From: an uncultured Armatimonadetes bacterium
GTDB lineage: Bacteria > Armatimonadota > Hebobacteria > Hebobacterales > Hebobacteraceae
Assembly (NCBI GenBank): GCA_963716175.1
Contig: OY970296.1
Coordinates: 3,968,001-4,032,000, forward strand
Direction: 5' to 3'
DNA: 64,000 nucleotides
Shown: positions 52,751 to 62,451 of the stretch, piece by piece
Numbering within the stretch: the stretch's first letter is position 1
Layout of the letters: the number at the start of each line of letters is the position of its first letter
Made by a program: the position numbers and the translations under genes
The notes under the pieces: model-generated
The model's database searches: none
What the model saw: the letters and a program-made list of their open reading frames with translations, nothing else
What the model was told of the DNA's origin: nothing

Positions 52751-55465
52751 ATGATGGGACTCGCGACCTGGGCTGCTCTCGCCCTGGGGATGGCGCTGGT
52801 GATCGCGACCGGCGCGGCCGGCGCGGCGCCTGCCAGCTCGGCCCCGGCAGTCCAACAGCGCACCCTGGACAACGGGCTGACGGTTCTGGTGCAGGAGTAT
52901 CACTCCGCGCCCCTGGTGTGCTCCTACCTCTGGTATCGAGTGGGGTTGCGCACTGAGGGGCCCGGAGAATCGGGGCTGACCCATTTCCTGGAGCACATGG
53001 CCTTCAAGGGAAGCGAGCATTACAGCGCCCGCGAGGCGGACCGTCTGGTCACCATGCGCGGGGGCTACCTCAACGGGTTCACCTCCATGGACTACACCGG
53101 CTACGTCGAGGCCCTGCCCCGGGATGCCCTGGAGCTCGCCCTCGGTATCGAGTCCGACCGGATGGCGCGCTGCCTGTTGACCGCAGACGACGTCGAATCC
53201 GAGAAAGGGGTGGTGATCTCCGAGTTCGAGGGAGCCGAGAACGACCCCTCCTTCCTGCTGCGCCGGGCGGTGATGGTGGCTCAGTTCCCGGGGGAGCCTT
53301 ACGGCCGCACCGTGATCGGCAGCAAGGATGACCTGCGCAGCCTCACCCGTGATATGGTGGTAGCCTATTATCGGCAGCACTATGCCCCGAACAATGCCAC
53401 CCTGGTGCTGGTAGGGGACATCAAGGCGGAGGAGGCGTTCGCCAAGGCCGAGCAGTTCTTCGGCCCTATCCCGCGCGCCGAAGTCTCTCCGCCCGCGCCG
53501 AACCCGGGCCGGGGCGCGACCGGCGAGAAGAGGGTCAAGCTCGAGCTGCCGGGCCGCACCTCCTATCTCCAAGCAGTGTACGAGGTGCCTCCCATCCAAC
53601 ATCCCGACCACGCGGCCTTGGAGGTGCTCCAGAACATCCTCAGCAGCGGTCGCACCAGCCGCCTCTACCGCTCCCTGGTGGACACCGAGATCGCCTCCGA
53701 CGCCGGAGGCTGGGACTACGAGAACCCCCAGACCACGGCCTTCGCATTCGAGATCTCGCTGCGGCCTGGAGTCGCCCATGACAAGGCAGAGGGAGTGCTG
53801 GACAGCGAGATCGAGAAGCTGAAGGATGATCTGGTGGCAGAGCGGGAGCTCACCAAGGCGAAGAACAAGACGAAAGCGCAGTTCGTCTACGCCAGCGATG
53901 GCGTCACCAAGCTGGGGCAGCAGCTCGGCTATTACCAGAGCATCATCGGCCACGATTACCTGCGCACCTTCCCCGGGAAAGTGGACGCGGTCACCGCCGA
54001 GGACATCCAGCGCGTGGTGCGCCGGTATTTCGGCCGCGACAACCGCACGGTGGGCTGGCTGATCGCCACCGGTGGCGAAGGGCCGGAAGGTGGCGGAGGG
54101 GCGGGAGGGGCGCCGTCCGACATCCACGGCTATCGCGCAGGCCCACCCTCGCCCTGGGCTGACGGCCCGCCCCCGCCGCCAGTGCCGGTTCCGGCCGAGC
54201 TGGGGCCGGTGACGCCAATCCGGCAGTTGCAGCTCCCCAACGGCCTGCAGGTGATCTTGCAGGAGAACCACGCCGCGCCTTTCGTCGGTATCTACGGCAA
54301 CGTCATGGCGGGCCCTGTCTTCGATCCTCCTGGCAAAGCTGGGCTGGCCGCCTTCACCGCGGAGATGCTCTCTCACGGGACGCAGAAGCGAACCTGGAGT
54401 GAGATTCAGGAGGCGCTGGAGTTCGTCGCCGCCGAGTTGGGCTTCGGCACCGGTACGCAGGTGGGCACCGTCAACGGAGAATGCCTGACGTCGGACCTGG
54501 GCCTGTTGCTCGCTGCCGCGGCGGAGCAGCTCAGCCTTCCCTCCTTCCCGCCGGAGGAGATTGAGAAGGTGCGATCCCTGCTGATCGCGGCTCAGCAGCG
54601 GCGAGACGAGGACACCTATCAGGTGGCCGAAAAGGAGCTGTTCGCGCGGCTTTACCCCGAAGGGCACCCTCTCCATGACAACGAGCTGGGGACAAAGGAG
54701 ACGGTGGGCAGCATCACGCGGGACGACCTGGTGAAGTTTCATGCCACCTACTACCGGCCGGAGAACACCATCCTGGCGATTGTCGGCGACTTTGACCCGG
54801 CCGAGGCCGCGGCGTTAGTGGAGAAGGCATTCCAGGGATGGGCCCGCCTCGGTGAGCCGGTGCGGCCAAAGCTCCCCCAGATCCCGGTCCCGGCCAAGGC
54901 CGAGCTGGTGCGGGTGCCGGTTCCGAATAAGACCCAGGTGGACATCACCATCGGCTTCCCGGGCGTCAGCCGGCGGGATCCCGACTACTACCAGGCCGAT
55001 CTGATGAACTACCTGTTGGGCCGGGGCGGATTCATGAGCCGCCTCAACCTCGACATCCGGGAGAAGCTGGGCCTTGTCTACTATGTCTGGAGCAACTACC
55101 TGGCCTACTGGGGCCCCGGGCCGTGGGTGCTGCACATGGGCGTGAACCCGGCGAACGCCGACAAGGCCCTGGCCGCGGCCGTGGAAGACATCAAGCAGAT
55201 GCAGCAGGCACCCCCCTCCGAGCAGGAGCTGAACCTGTGGAAGGACTACGTGGAGGGCACCGTGGCGCGGCAGATGGAAACCTTCGGAGGCATCGCGCAG
55301 AACCTGGTGCTCTCCTCGTTCTATGAGCTCGGCCCCTACTTCCCCTACCAGTATCCTCGCATCCTCCGCGCCATCACGCCGGAGCAGGTGCTGGAGGCGG
55401 CGAAGGAGCGGCTGCACCCGGAAGGCTATGTGGCGGTGATGGCCGGGCCGGTGGAGGGGAAGTAG
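52751..55465 (+). CDS. Exported M16 (pitrilysin-like) zinc peptidase with two fused halves
   Basis: LDNGLTV, HFLEHMAFKGS (HxxEH), NGFTS.D.T.Y; second half LPNGLQV..SRL..IREKLGLVY. Confidence 0.95.
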   Translation: MMGLATWAALALGMALVIATGAAGAAPASSAPAVQQRTLDNGLTVLVQEYHSAPLVCSYLWYRVGLRTEGPGESGLTHFLEHMAFKGSEHYSAREADRLVTMRGGYLNGFTSMDYTGYVEALPRDALELALGIESDRMARCLLTADDVESEKGVVISEFEGAENDPSFLLRRAVMVAQFPGEPYGRTVIGSKDDLRSLTRDMVVAYYRQHYAPNNATLVLVGDIKAEEAFAKAEQFFGPIPRAEVSPPAPNPGRGATGEKRVKLELPGRTSYLQAVYEVPPIQHPDHAALEVLQNILSSGRTSRLYRSLVDTEIASDAGGWDYENPQTTAFAFEISLRPGVAHDKAEGVLDSEIEKLKDDLVAERELTKAKNKTKAQFVYASDGVTKLGQQLGYYQSIIGHDYLRTFPGKVDAVTAEDIQRVVRRYFGRDNRTVGWLIATGGEGPEGGGGAGGAPSDIHGYRAGPPSPWADGPPPPPVPVPAELGPVTPIRQLQLPNGLQVILQENHAAPFVGIYGNVMAGPVFDPPGKAGLAAFTAEMLSHGTQKRTWSEIQEALEFVAAELGFGTGTQVGTVNGECLTSDLGLLLAAAAEQLSLPSFPPEEIEKVRSLLIAAQQRRDEDTYQVAEKELFARLYPEGHPLHDNELGTKETVGSITRDDLVKFHATYYRPENTILAIVGDFDPAEAAALVEKAFQGWARLGEPVRPKLPQIPVPAKAELVRVPVPNKTQVDITIGFPGVSRRDPDYYQADLMNYLLGRGGFMSRLNLDIREKLGLVYYVWSNYLAYWGPGPWVLHMGVNPANADKALAAAVEDIKQMQQAPPSEQELNLWKDYVEGTVARQMETFGGIAQNLVLSSFYELGPYFPYQYPRILRAITPEQVLEAAKERLHPEGYVAVMAGPVEGK

Positions 55466-55484
55466 GGCAGGTTCCCAACCTGCC
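55462..55484 (+). repeat. GTAG REP-like hairpin whose foot contains the peptidase stop codon
   Basis: GTAG-GGCAGGTT-CCC-AACCTGCC. Confidence 0.7.
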
Positions 55485-55513
55485 GTCGCCGACGCGAGCG
55501 GGCCCGCTCTCGT

Positions 55514-56749
55514 TCAGACGATCTGGCCTTGCTCCTGCAGCGCCTGGCGCAACTCGTCGGCCGGCACTGCCCGCGGCGGGATCCCTCGCCTAAGGGCCAT
55601 GGCGGCCGCCAGACCGGCGGCTTCGCCCATGGCGAAGCACTGCGGCATCACGCGAAGGGAGGCCTGCGCCTCGTGGGTGGCGGAGACACAGCGGCCGGCG
55701 ACGAGGAGATTGTCCAGGCCGAGCGGCAGCAGGCAGCGATAGGGAATCTCGTAGTAGTCCCCCTCCGGGACCTCTCGGATCACTGTACCGGACCCGACCG
55801 GGCTGTGGATATCCACGGGGTAGTTGCTGCGCGCGATGCCGTCGGCGAACTTGCGCGCCTGGAGCACGTCATCTGCGGTGAGGGTGTAGTCACCGCGGAT
55901 GCGCCGGCTCTCTCGCACTCCGATCTGGGCGCCGGACTGCTCCAGGTAGGCGCGCTCGAAGCCGGGCACTCTTGCCACCAGGAAGTGAGCCAGCTCGTGC
56001 GCCTGGCGGCGCCCCTCGATCTCGGCCGCGCTCAAGTCCTCGGCGCTGGCGCCGCTCAGGCCGACAACGCGGGTGGTGTTGAAGTGGATCACTCCGGGGC
56101 GGACGGTGTAGAAGAACAGCACGTTGTCGCGGGGCTGATGCAGGCGCCCCTCGGCCTTGGCCTGGTCGAACAGGCGGTTGATCTCCGGCCGCGGCGGCAT
56201 CAGGTCAATGTCAACATTCGCCATCCGGAAGTTGAGGGTCATGGGCTGGGTGAGGCTATCCTCCTGGCGGCCGTGATCACAGGGCACTCCCGCCCGAAAC
56301 GCGAGGTCGGCGTCACCCGTGCAGTCAAGGTAGATATCGGCCGACCACTGCTCGGACCCGGACTTGCTTTCACTGCGCACGGAAGAAATGCGCGGCCCCT
56401 CCCTCACCACCTCCGCGCAGCAGGTGTGAAAGCGTAGCCGCACGCCCGCCTCTTGGCACAGCTCGTCTGCCACCAGCTTGAGCACCTCCGGGTCGAAGGC
56501 GGTGGGCTCCTGGTCGCACCCGTAGCCCCCAAGGGCCCGCATCCGATCCAACGTCTCCCGGAAGATTCCCGCCACCAGGGGCCTGCCGGCCGCGTGCCAG
56601 GGCATGAAGGGGTTGACCAGGCCCGCGGTGGCCATTCCGCCCAGGAAGCCATAACGCTCCATGAGGAGGGTATCCGCTCCCTGGCGCGCGGCGGATACCG
56701 CTGCCGCCAGGCCGGCGGGCCCGCCTCCAGCGACCAAGACTTGTGACAT
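55514..56749 (-). CDS. FAD-dependent oxidoreductase
   Basis: VAGGGPAG, GFLGGMAT.G.V, DCTGDAD, GVRESRRI.G.Y.L, YEIPYRCL.P..LDNLLVAGRC. Confidence 0.92.
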   Translation of the reverse strand: MSQVLVAGGGPAGLAAAVSAARQGADTLLMERYGFLGGMATAGLVNPFMPWHAAGRPLVAGIFRETLDRMRALGGYGCDQEPTAFDPEVLKLVADELCQEAGVRLRFHTCCAEVVREGPRISSVRSESKSGSEQWSADIYLDCTGDADLAFRAGVPCDHGRQEDSLTQPMTLNFRMANVDIDLMPPRPEINRLFDQAKAEGRLHQPRDNVLFFYTVRPGVIHFNTTRVVGLSGASAEDLSAAEIEGRRQAHELAHFLVARVPGFERAYLEQSGAQIGVRESRRIRGDYTLTADDVLQARKFADGIARSNYPVDIHSPVGSGTVIREVPEGDYYEIPYRCLLPLGLDNLLVAGRCVSATHEAQASLRVMPQCFAMGEAAGLAAAMALRRGIPPRAVPADELRQALQEQGQIV

Positions 56750-56774
56750 AGCCCGATCTCCTCAGAGCGAGCGA

Positions 56775-56807
56775 GTAGGGGCAGGTCCGCGACCTGCCCC
56801 GCCCTAC
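56775..56807 (+). repeat. GTAG REP-like hairpin
   Basis: GTAGGGGCAGGTCCGCGACCTGCCCCGCCCTAC. Confidence 0.8.
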
Positions 56808-56811
56808 AGCA

Positions 56812-57972
56812 TCAGGCTTTCTGCTGGAGCTGGCAGGAGCAGAGATACTGGCCGTAATAGCTGCCGAAGAAGTAGGCCACTGCGGTGACCAGTAGCACCA
56901 TCACCAGCCAGTAGGCGGCGGTCTGCTTCCACCCCGCGACCCGGCTGACCAGCAGCAGGCCGGGCAGGCTCAGGCCCGGTCCACCCAGCAGGATCGCCAG
57001 CGCCGGCCCCACTGCCACGTACTTGATCAACAGGCCCTTGGTGAATGCCACTTCGGTCAGCATCGGGAAGTACATGAGCGTGCCGAACAGCGCCGATAGG
57101 AACACCGGCAGCAGGCGATTGCCCTCCGGGTGACCGAAGGCCAGCCGGCCCTGCTCGGCCGCGGTGGGCATGATCCAGCGCAGCGGAATATGGCTCACCA
57201 CCAGGGCGATGACGATCACCGAGACCAGGAACAGGGGCACGATCATGCGCAGCAGGAGGTAGGTCTGTCTCCCCCACTCCATGGTCTCCTCTCTGCCGAA
57301 CCAGCGCAGCGCAAGCCAGGCACAGGCGCCCAGGGCGAGGATAACGGCCAGCAGTAGCAGATACTGGGGAGCGCCCTTCCCCAGGCTCGGCACCGAGCTC
57401 AGGCTCGCGCCCACCACCAGGATCAGGATCAGAGCCCCGAAGAGAATCCCACCCCGGGTGGCGTGGCCCGGAGGAGGATCGGCCAGGGCCAGGGCGGCGA
57501 CGTTGTGGATCTCTTGCTGCCGCTCCCACTCCTGATGCCGGAACAGCACCGCCATAGCTGCGCCCACCGCCACGGCGATGATAGGCACGGAGAAGAAGCG
57601 CCAGAGGGCCAGCTTCCACCCGATCACCTGGTAAGTGAACACGGTGTTCACGATGTGGATGGCCGGCGCCGCGAAGACAAAGCAGAAAGCGGGCCCGATG
57701 CCCGCGCCCCGGCGCAGGATTCCGGCGAAGATGGGCACGACATTGCAGGAGCAGACGGTGAGCACGTTGCCCGAGAAGGCTGACACCCCGTAGGAAAGGA
57801 CGCGGTTAGCCTTCGCCCCCAGGTACTTCATCACCGCCTGGCTCGGAACGAAGACCACCAGCGCGCCTGCGACCAGGAAAGCGGGCAGGACGATGGTGAC
57901 GGCTTTCAGCGTGAAGATGCAGCACGTGAACAGATTCACGGCCTGGCCCAGTGTTTCCACGTGGCCCTCCAA
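56812..57972 (-). CDS. DUF318/ArsP-family permease
   Basis: VLPAFLVAG, VCSCNVVPIFAGI.RRGAGIGPA, GTLMYF..LTEV, GPALAILLGGPGLSLP. Confidence 0.88.
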   Translation of the reverse strand: MEGHVETLGQAVNLFTCCIFTLKAVTIVLPAFLVAGALVVFVPSQAVMKYLGAKANRVLSYGVSAFSGNVLTVCSCNVVPIFAGILRRGAGIGPAFCFVFAAPAIHIVNTVFTYQVIGWKLALWRFFSVPIIAVAVGAAMAVLFRHQEWERQQEIHNVAALALADPPPGHATRGGILFGALILILVVGASLSSVPSLGKGAPQYLLLLAVILALGACAWLALRWFGREETMEWGRQTYLLLRMIVPLFLVSVIVIALVVSHIPLRWIMPTAAEQGRLAFGHPEGNRLLPVFLSALFGTLMYFPMLTEVAFTKGLLIKYVAVGPALAILLGGPGLSLPGLLLVSRVAGWKQTAAYWLVMVLLVTAVAYFFGSYYGQYLCSCQLQQKA

Positions 57973-58080
57973 CTAGCTGGTACAGACAGAAACCACCCTG
58001 CGCGGCTGGCCCTTGTCAGCCATTCTACAGCTTAGGCCGCCGCTATGAAAGAAGCATGACGGAAGCAGGGCGCTTTGGCG

Positions 58081-60555
58081 TCAGACCGTGGGAGTGGTGC
58101 CGCGGGCCGCGGGCTCTGCCTCGACCGGCACTAGCAGCCTGGGCACCAGCTTGCCCTCCTCCACGTCCAGCACCACGGTGTCGCCGTCCCGGAACTCGCC
58201 CTGAAGGATACCGCGGGCGATGGGGTTCTCCACCAGGCGCTGCACCGTGCGCCGCAGGGGCCGGGCGCCGTACTCGGGGTCGAAACCCTGGGTGGCGAGC
58301 AGGCCGCGCGCAGCCTCGGTCACCTCCAGCTTCATCTTCTTCTCGGCGAGCTGGGCCCGCACCCGGTTCAGCATCAGGTCCACGATGGCCTCGATCTGCT
58401 GCTTGCTCAGCGGCTCGAACACGATCACCTCGTCGATGCGGTTCAGCAGCTCCGGCCGGAAGGTCCGCCTCAGCTCAGAGAGCATCTGCTCCCGGGTCCG
58501 CGCGAAGTCCGCGGCCTCCCCCGGACCGAAGCCCATGCGCGCCGACCTGACGTGCTGGCCTCCCAGGTTGCTGGTCAGGATGATGACGGTGTTCTTGAAG
58601 TCCACCACCCGGCCCCCCGCGTCGGTCAGTCGCCCATCCTCCAGCATCTGGAGCAGCATGTTGAAGACGTCCGGGTGCGCCTTCTCGATCTCGTCGAATA
58701 GGACCACCCGATAGGGCCGGCGGCGCACCGCCTCGGTCAACTGGCCGCCCTCCTCATATCCCACGTAGCCGGGGGGGGCGCCCACCAGCCGGGACACCGC
58801 GAACCGCTCCATGTACTCCGACATGTCGAGCCGGACCATCGCCTCTTCGTCGTCGAACAGAAACTCGGCCAGCGCTCTCGCCAGCTCCGTCTTGCCCACC
58901 CCGGTCGGGCCCAGGAAGACGAACGACCCGATGGGCCGCTTGGGGTCCTTGAGCCCGGCGCGGGCCCGGCGGACGCTCTCGGCGACGGCGTGGACGGCTT
59001 CCTCCTGTCCCACCACGCGGCGGTGCAGTTGCTCCTCCATACGCAGCAGCTTCTCGCTCTCCCCCTCGAACATGCGCGCCACGGGCACCCCGGTCCAGGA
59101 GGCCACGATCTGCGCGATGTCCTCCTCGCTCACCCGCGAATCGCGCACCCCGGCCTCCGCCTCCCACTTCTGCTGGCGCTGATCGAGGTCGGCGCGCAGC
59201 ACCTCGATCTCCTGCTTGAACTTGGCCGCGGCCTCGTAGTCCTGCCGCAGCGCCGCCGCCTCCCGCTGCTCCTCCAGCCGGCCGATCTCCGCCTCCAAGT
59301 GGTTGATGTCCGGCGGTGCCATCACGGCCTTGAGGTGCTCCCTCGACCCCGCCTCGTCTATCAGATCAATCGCCTTGTCCGGCAAGAAACGATCCGTGAT
59401 GTAGCGACTGGAGAGACGGGCCGCGGACTCCAGGGCCTGATCGTCATACTGCACCTGATGGTGCTGCTCGTAGCGCTCGCGCAGCCCCTTCAGGATCTGG
59501 ATGGTCTCCTCCACGCTGGGCTCCTCCACGTACACGGGAGCGAACCTGCGCTCCAGCGCGGCGTCCTTCTCGATGTGCTTGCGATACTCGTCCAGGGTGG
59601 TGGCCCCGATGCACTGCAGCTCGCCTCGCGCCAGCGCGGGCTTGAGCATGTTGGAGGCGTCAATCGCTCCCTCCGCCGCGCCCGCGCCCACCACGGTGTG
59701 CAGCTCGTCTATGAACAGGATGATCTGCCCCTGGGCCTTGCGGATCTCGTCCATCACCGTCTTCAGCCGCTCCTCGAACTCGCCGCGGAACTTCGATCCC
59801 GCCACCATGGCGCCCAGATCGAGCGCGATCACCCGCTTGTTCTTGATGGTGCGGGGCACCTCGCCCGAGACGATCTTCTGCGCCAGCCCCTCCACCACCG
59901 CGGTCTTGCCCACCCCGGGATCGCCGATCAACACCGGGTTGTTCTTGGTGCGTCGGCTCAACACCTGGATCACCCGCTGGATCTCCGCCTCTCGGCCGAT
60001 CACGGGGTCGAGCTTGTGCTGCTTCGCCAACTCCGTGAGGTCGCGGCTGTAGCGCTCCAGGGCCTGATAGCGCCCCTCGGCTCCCTGGTCACGCACGCTC
60101 TGGCCGCCCCTGATTCCCACCAGGGCGCGCTGTATCCCCTCCGCAGTAACACCGTGCGCTCCCAGGATGCGGGCCGCCTCCGAGTTGCCCTGCGCCAGGA
60201 TCGCCAGCAGCAAGTGCTCGACCGCGATCAAGCTATCGCCCATCCGCTGGGCCTGGTCCCAGGCGGTCCGCTCCAGGATCTCCAACAGCCCAGGGGTGAC
60301 ATAGAGCTGCTCGGTGCCTCCGCCCTGGCTGGTCACCTTGGGGCCCCGGCTCAAGGCCGCCTCCAGCTCGCGCTTCACGGCCGCGGGATCGCCGCCGCTC
60401 CGCTCGATGATCTGGTTGGCCAGGCCATCGGTCGCCTCCAGCAGCGCCAGCAGCACATGCTCCACATCCACCTGCGAGTGCTGATAGCGCCGCATCATCT
60501 GCTGGCTGGCGATCAGCACATGCTTTGCCCGATCAGTGAACCTGTTCACATCCAT
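58081..60555 (-). CDS. clpC: Clp/Hsp100 ATPase, ClpC-like (short UVR middle domain, MGF loop)
   Basis: Two Walker A motifs ([16 protein letters not shown]); [13 protein letters not shown]-like; RMGFG; 824 aa. Confidence 0.8.
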   Translation of the reverse strand: MDVNRFTDRAKHVLIASQQMMRRYQHSQVDVEHVLLALLEATDGLANQIIERSGGDPAAVKRELEAALSRGPKVTSQGGGTEQLYVTPGLLEILERTAWDQAQRMGDSLIAVEHLLLAILAQGNSEAARILGAHGVTAEGIQRALVGIRGGQSVRDQGAEGRYQALERYSRDLTELAKQHKLDPVIGREAEIQRVIQVLSRRTKNNPVLIGDPGVGKTAVVEGLAQKIVSGEVPRTIKNKRVIALDLGAMVAGSKFRGEFEERLKTVMDEIRKAQGQIILFIDELHTVVGAGAAEGAIDASNMLKPALARGELQCIGATTLDEYRKHIEKDAALERRFAPVYVEEPSVEETIQILKGLRERYEQHHQVQYDDQALESAARLSSRYITDRFLPDKAIDLIDEAGSREHLKAVMAPPDINHLEAEIGRLEEQREAAALRQDYEAAAKFKQEIEVLRADLDQRQQKWEAEAGVRDSRVSEEDIAQIVASWTGVPVARMFEGESEKLLRMEEQLHRRVVGQEEAVHAVAESVRRARAGLKDPKRPIGSFVFLGPTGVGKTELARALAEFLFDDEEAMVRLDMSEYMERFAVSRLVGAPPGYVGYEEGGQLTEAVRRRPYRVVLFDEIEKAHPDVFNMLLQMLEDGRLTDAGGRVVDFKNTVIILTSNLGGQHVRSARMGFGPGEAADFARTREQMLSELRRTFRPELLNRIDEVIVFEPLSKQQIEAIVDLMLNRVRAQLAEKKMKLEVTEAARGLLATQGFDPEYGARPLRRTVQRLVENPIARGILQGEFRDGDTVVLDVEEGKLVPRLLVPVEAEPAARGTTPTV

Positions 60556-60599
60556 CTCACTCGCTCCAATTTCGCGGGAACCCTGTTGGCGCCAGGCGG

Positions 60600-60962
60600 T
60601 TACTCCCGTCCCACCGCCCCGCTGGCCGTCGTCCGCCGCAGCCGATCCATCTCCCGCTCCATCTGCTCTTGCCGCCGCGCCATCTCGCGCTGCAGCTCCT
60701 CTCTCATCGCCTCCATGCGCCCCAGCAGATCCAACACCATCTCCACACCGGCCAGGTTCAGCCCGGCCTGGGTCAGCCGCTGAATCTGCCGCAGACGCTC
60801 GATATCCTCGTCCGAATAGAGGCGCGAGTTATTCCCTGTCCGGGCCGGTTTCACCAGCCCCACGCGTTCATATAGCCTCAGCGTCTGGGGATGCACGGCC
60901 ACCAGCTTCGCTGCCACGCTGATCACGTATACGGGTTCACGCCATTCTCGTCTCATTCCCAT
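60600..60962 (-). CDS. hspR: MerR-family heat-shock repressor HspR
   Basis: [50 protein letters not shown]. Confidence 0.9.
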   Translation of the reverse strand: MGMRREWREPVYVISVAAKLVAVHPQTLRLYERVGLVKPARTGNNSRLYSDEDIERLRQIQRLTQAGLNLAGVEMVLDLLGRMEAMREELQREMARRQEQMEREMDRLRRTTASGAVGRE

Positions 60963-60983
60963 CGCCTCCTCCCCCGGCCGGCA

Positions 60984-61940
60984 TCAGGCGCGAAGGTGGG
61001 CGCGCGGGCTCTCCTGGCGCAGATCGCCCAGCCGCGCAATCAGAGCCCTCTCCTCATCGGTCAGATTCTTTGGCACCACGACGCGAGGCTGCACGTAGAG
61101 GTCGCCCCGGCCGCCGCCTTTCGCTCGCGGCATGCCCTTGCCTGCCAGCCGCAGGCGTTGACCGCCCGAGGTGCCGGCAGGCAGCTTCATCTTGACTCTC
61201 CCCTCCAGAGTCGGCACCTCGATCTCGCCCCCCAGGGCGGCCTCGGTGTAGGTCACCGGGATCTCGCACTCGAGGTCGTCGCCGCGGCGCCTGAACACGG
61301 GGTGGGGGGCGATCTTGGGGATGAGGTAGAGATCGCCTCCGGCCACGCCCTGCCCGGCGAGGCGGATGCGGGACCCGGTGTGCACCCCCGGCGGGATCCG
61401 CACCTCTAGCCGCTTGGGATACTCCGTCCGCCCACTTCCACCACAGGTGGCGCAGAGGGCGCCGCCTCCCAGCAAGCCCGCGCCCTGACAGCGCGGGCAC
61501 GTCTGGGGTAGGGAGAGAGTGATCTCCCGCGTCACCCCTCTCGCCGCCTCCTCCAGCGTCAGCTCGATCTCGAACCGGAGATCCTGGCCCCGCGCCCCGC
61601 GGCCCCGCGGCCCGCCCCGACCCCCGAGCAACTCCTCCAGCAGATCGTCCAGGTTGCCGAAGTTGGCAGACCAGGTATAGCCCCCCGGCGCGCCTGCCCC
61701 GGGCTGGGCCCACATCTCTCCGGCGTGCCCAAACTGATCGTACTTCTGCCGCTTCTCCGGATGGCCCAGGACCTGATAGGCCTCGCTGATCTCCTTGAAC
61801 CTGGCCTCGGCCTGCTTGTTCCCCGGGTTGACGTCGGGATGGTGCTTGCGCGCCAGCCGGCGGAACGCGCGCTTGATCTCCTTCTCATCCGCGTCCCGGC
61901 TCACTCCCAATATGTCGTAGTAGTCCCGCTTCGGCGGCAT
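60984..61940 (-). CDS. dnaJ: DnaJ/CbpA-like co-chaperone with half zinc finger
   Basis: DYYDILGV..HHPDVNP J domain; only two CxxCxGxG repeats; C-terminal domain. Confidence 0.9.
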   Translation of the reverse strand: MPPKRDYYDILGVSRDADEKEIKRAFRRLARKHHPDVNPGNKQAEARFKEISEAYQVLGHPEKRQKYDQFGHAGEMWAQPGAGAPGGYTWSANFGNLDDLLEELLGGRGGPRGRGARGQDLRFEIELTLEEAARGVTREITLSLPQTCPRCQGAGLLGGGALCATCGGSGRTEYPKRLEVRIPPGVHTGSRIRLAGQGVAGGDLYLIPKIAPHPVFRRRGDDLECEIPVTYTEAALGGEIEVPTLEGRVKMKLPAGTSGGQRLRLAGKGMPRAKGGGRGDLYVQPRVVVPKNLTDEERALIARLGDLRQESPRAHLRA

Positions 61941-61962
61941 CTGCTCTCACCTCAGCTGGCGC

Positions 61963-62385
61963 TCATCCCACCTCTACCCGCACCCGGCCCGGGCCACCGG
62001 CAGCGGCCTTCGGGATAGTGATCTCGAGCACGCCGTCCCGGTAGCTGGCCTGCGCCTTGGCTGGCTCGATGGGCACACCAATGCGGAAGGCCCGGCGGAA
62101 AGGACCCGCCGGCCGCTCCAGCCGCAAGTCCCGCGTCCCCTTCACGCGGCTCCGCCACCCTTGCAAGATGAGGCCGTTGGCCTCCACCTGGAGCTCCATG
62201 TCCTCCCGCCTCACCCCCGGCAAGTCCATCACCAGCACGAGTGCATCCTCCCGCTCGTGGATATCCACCTGGGGCGCCCAGGGAAGCTCATCGGGGGCGC
62301 CGGGGCGCCCCCGCGGCCCCAGGCCAATCCGGCTCAGCTCGTCCCGCAGCCGGGCCATCTCGCCATACCTATCCCAGATGCTCAT
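61963..62385 (-). CDS. Hsp20/alpha-crystallin small heat-shock protein
   Basis: WAPQVDIHE, DLPGV, ER..G.FRRAF, ASYRDGVLEITIPK. Confidence 0.93.
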   Translation of the reverse strand: MSIWDRYGEMARLRDELSRIGLGPRGRPGAPDELPWAPQVDIHEREDALVLVMDLPGVRREDMELQVEANGLILQGWRSRVKGTRDLRLERPAGPFRRAFRIGVPIEPAKAQASYRDGVLEITIPKAAAGGPGRVRVEVG

Positions 62386-62451
62386 GCTGAGTCACCTCCG
62401 GCCCGGCCTCTGCGTCTCCGCGGGTTACGCCGTCCGGCGAAGCTCACCAGC

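Noticed and set aside
52391-54742. 783-aa antisense ORF
   Set aside because: Shadow of the M16 peptidase.
60556-62451. HAIR operator (CTTGAGT-N7-ACTCAAG) for HspR
   Set aside because: Not seen in the short spacers; the operon promoter lies outside the window.
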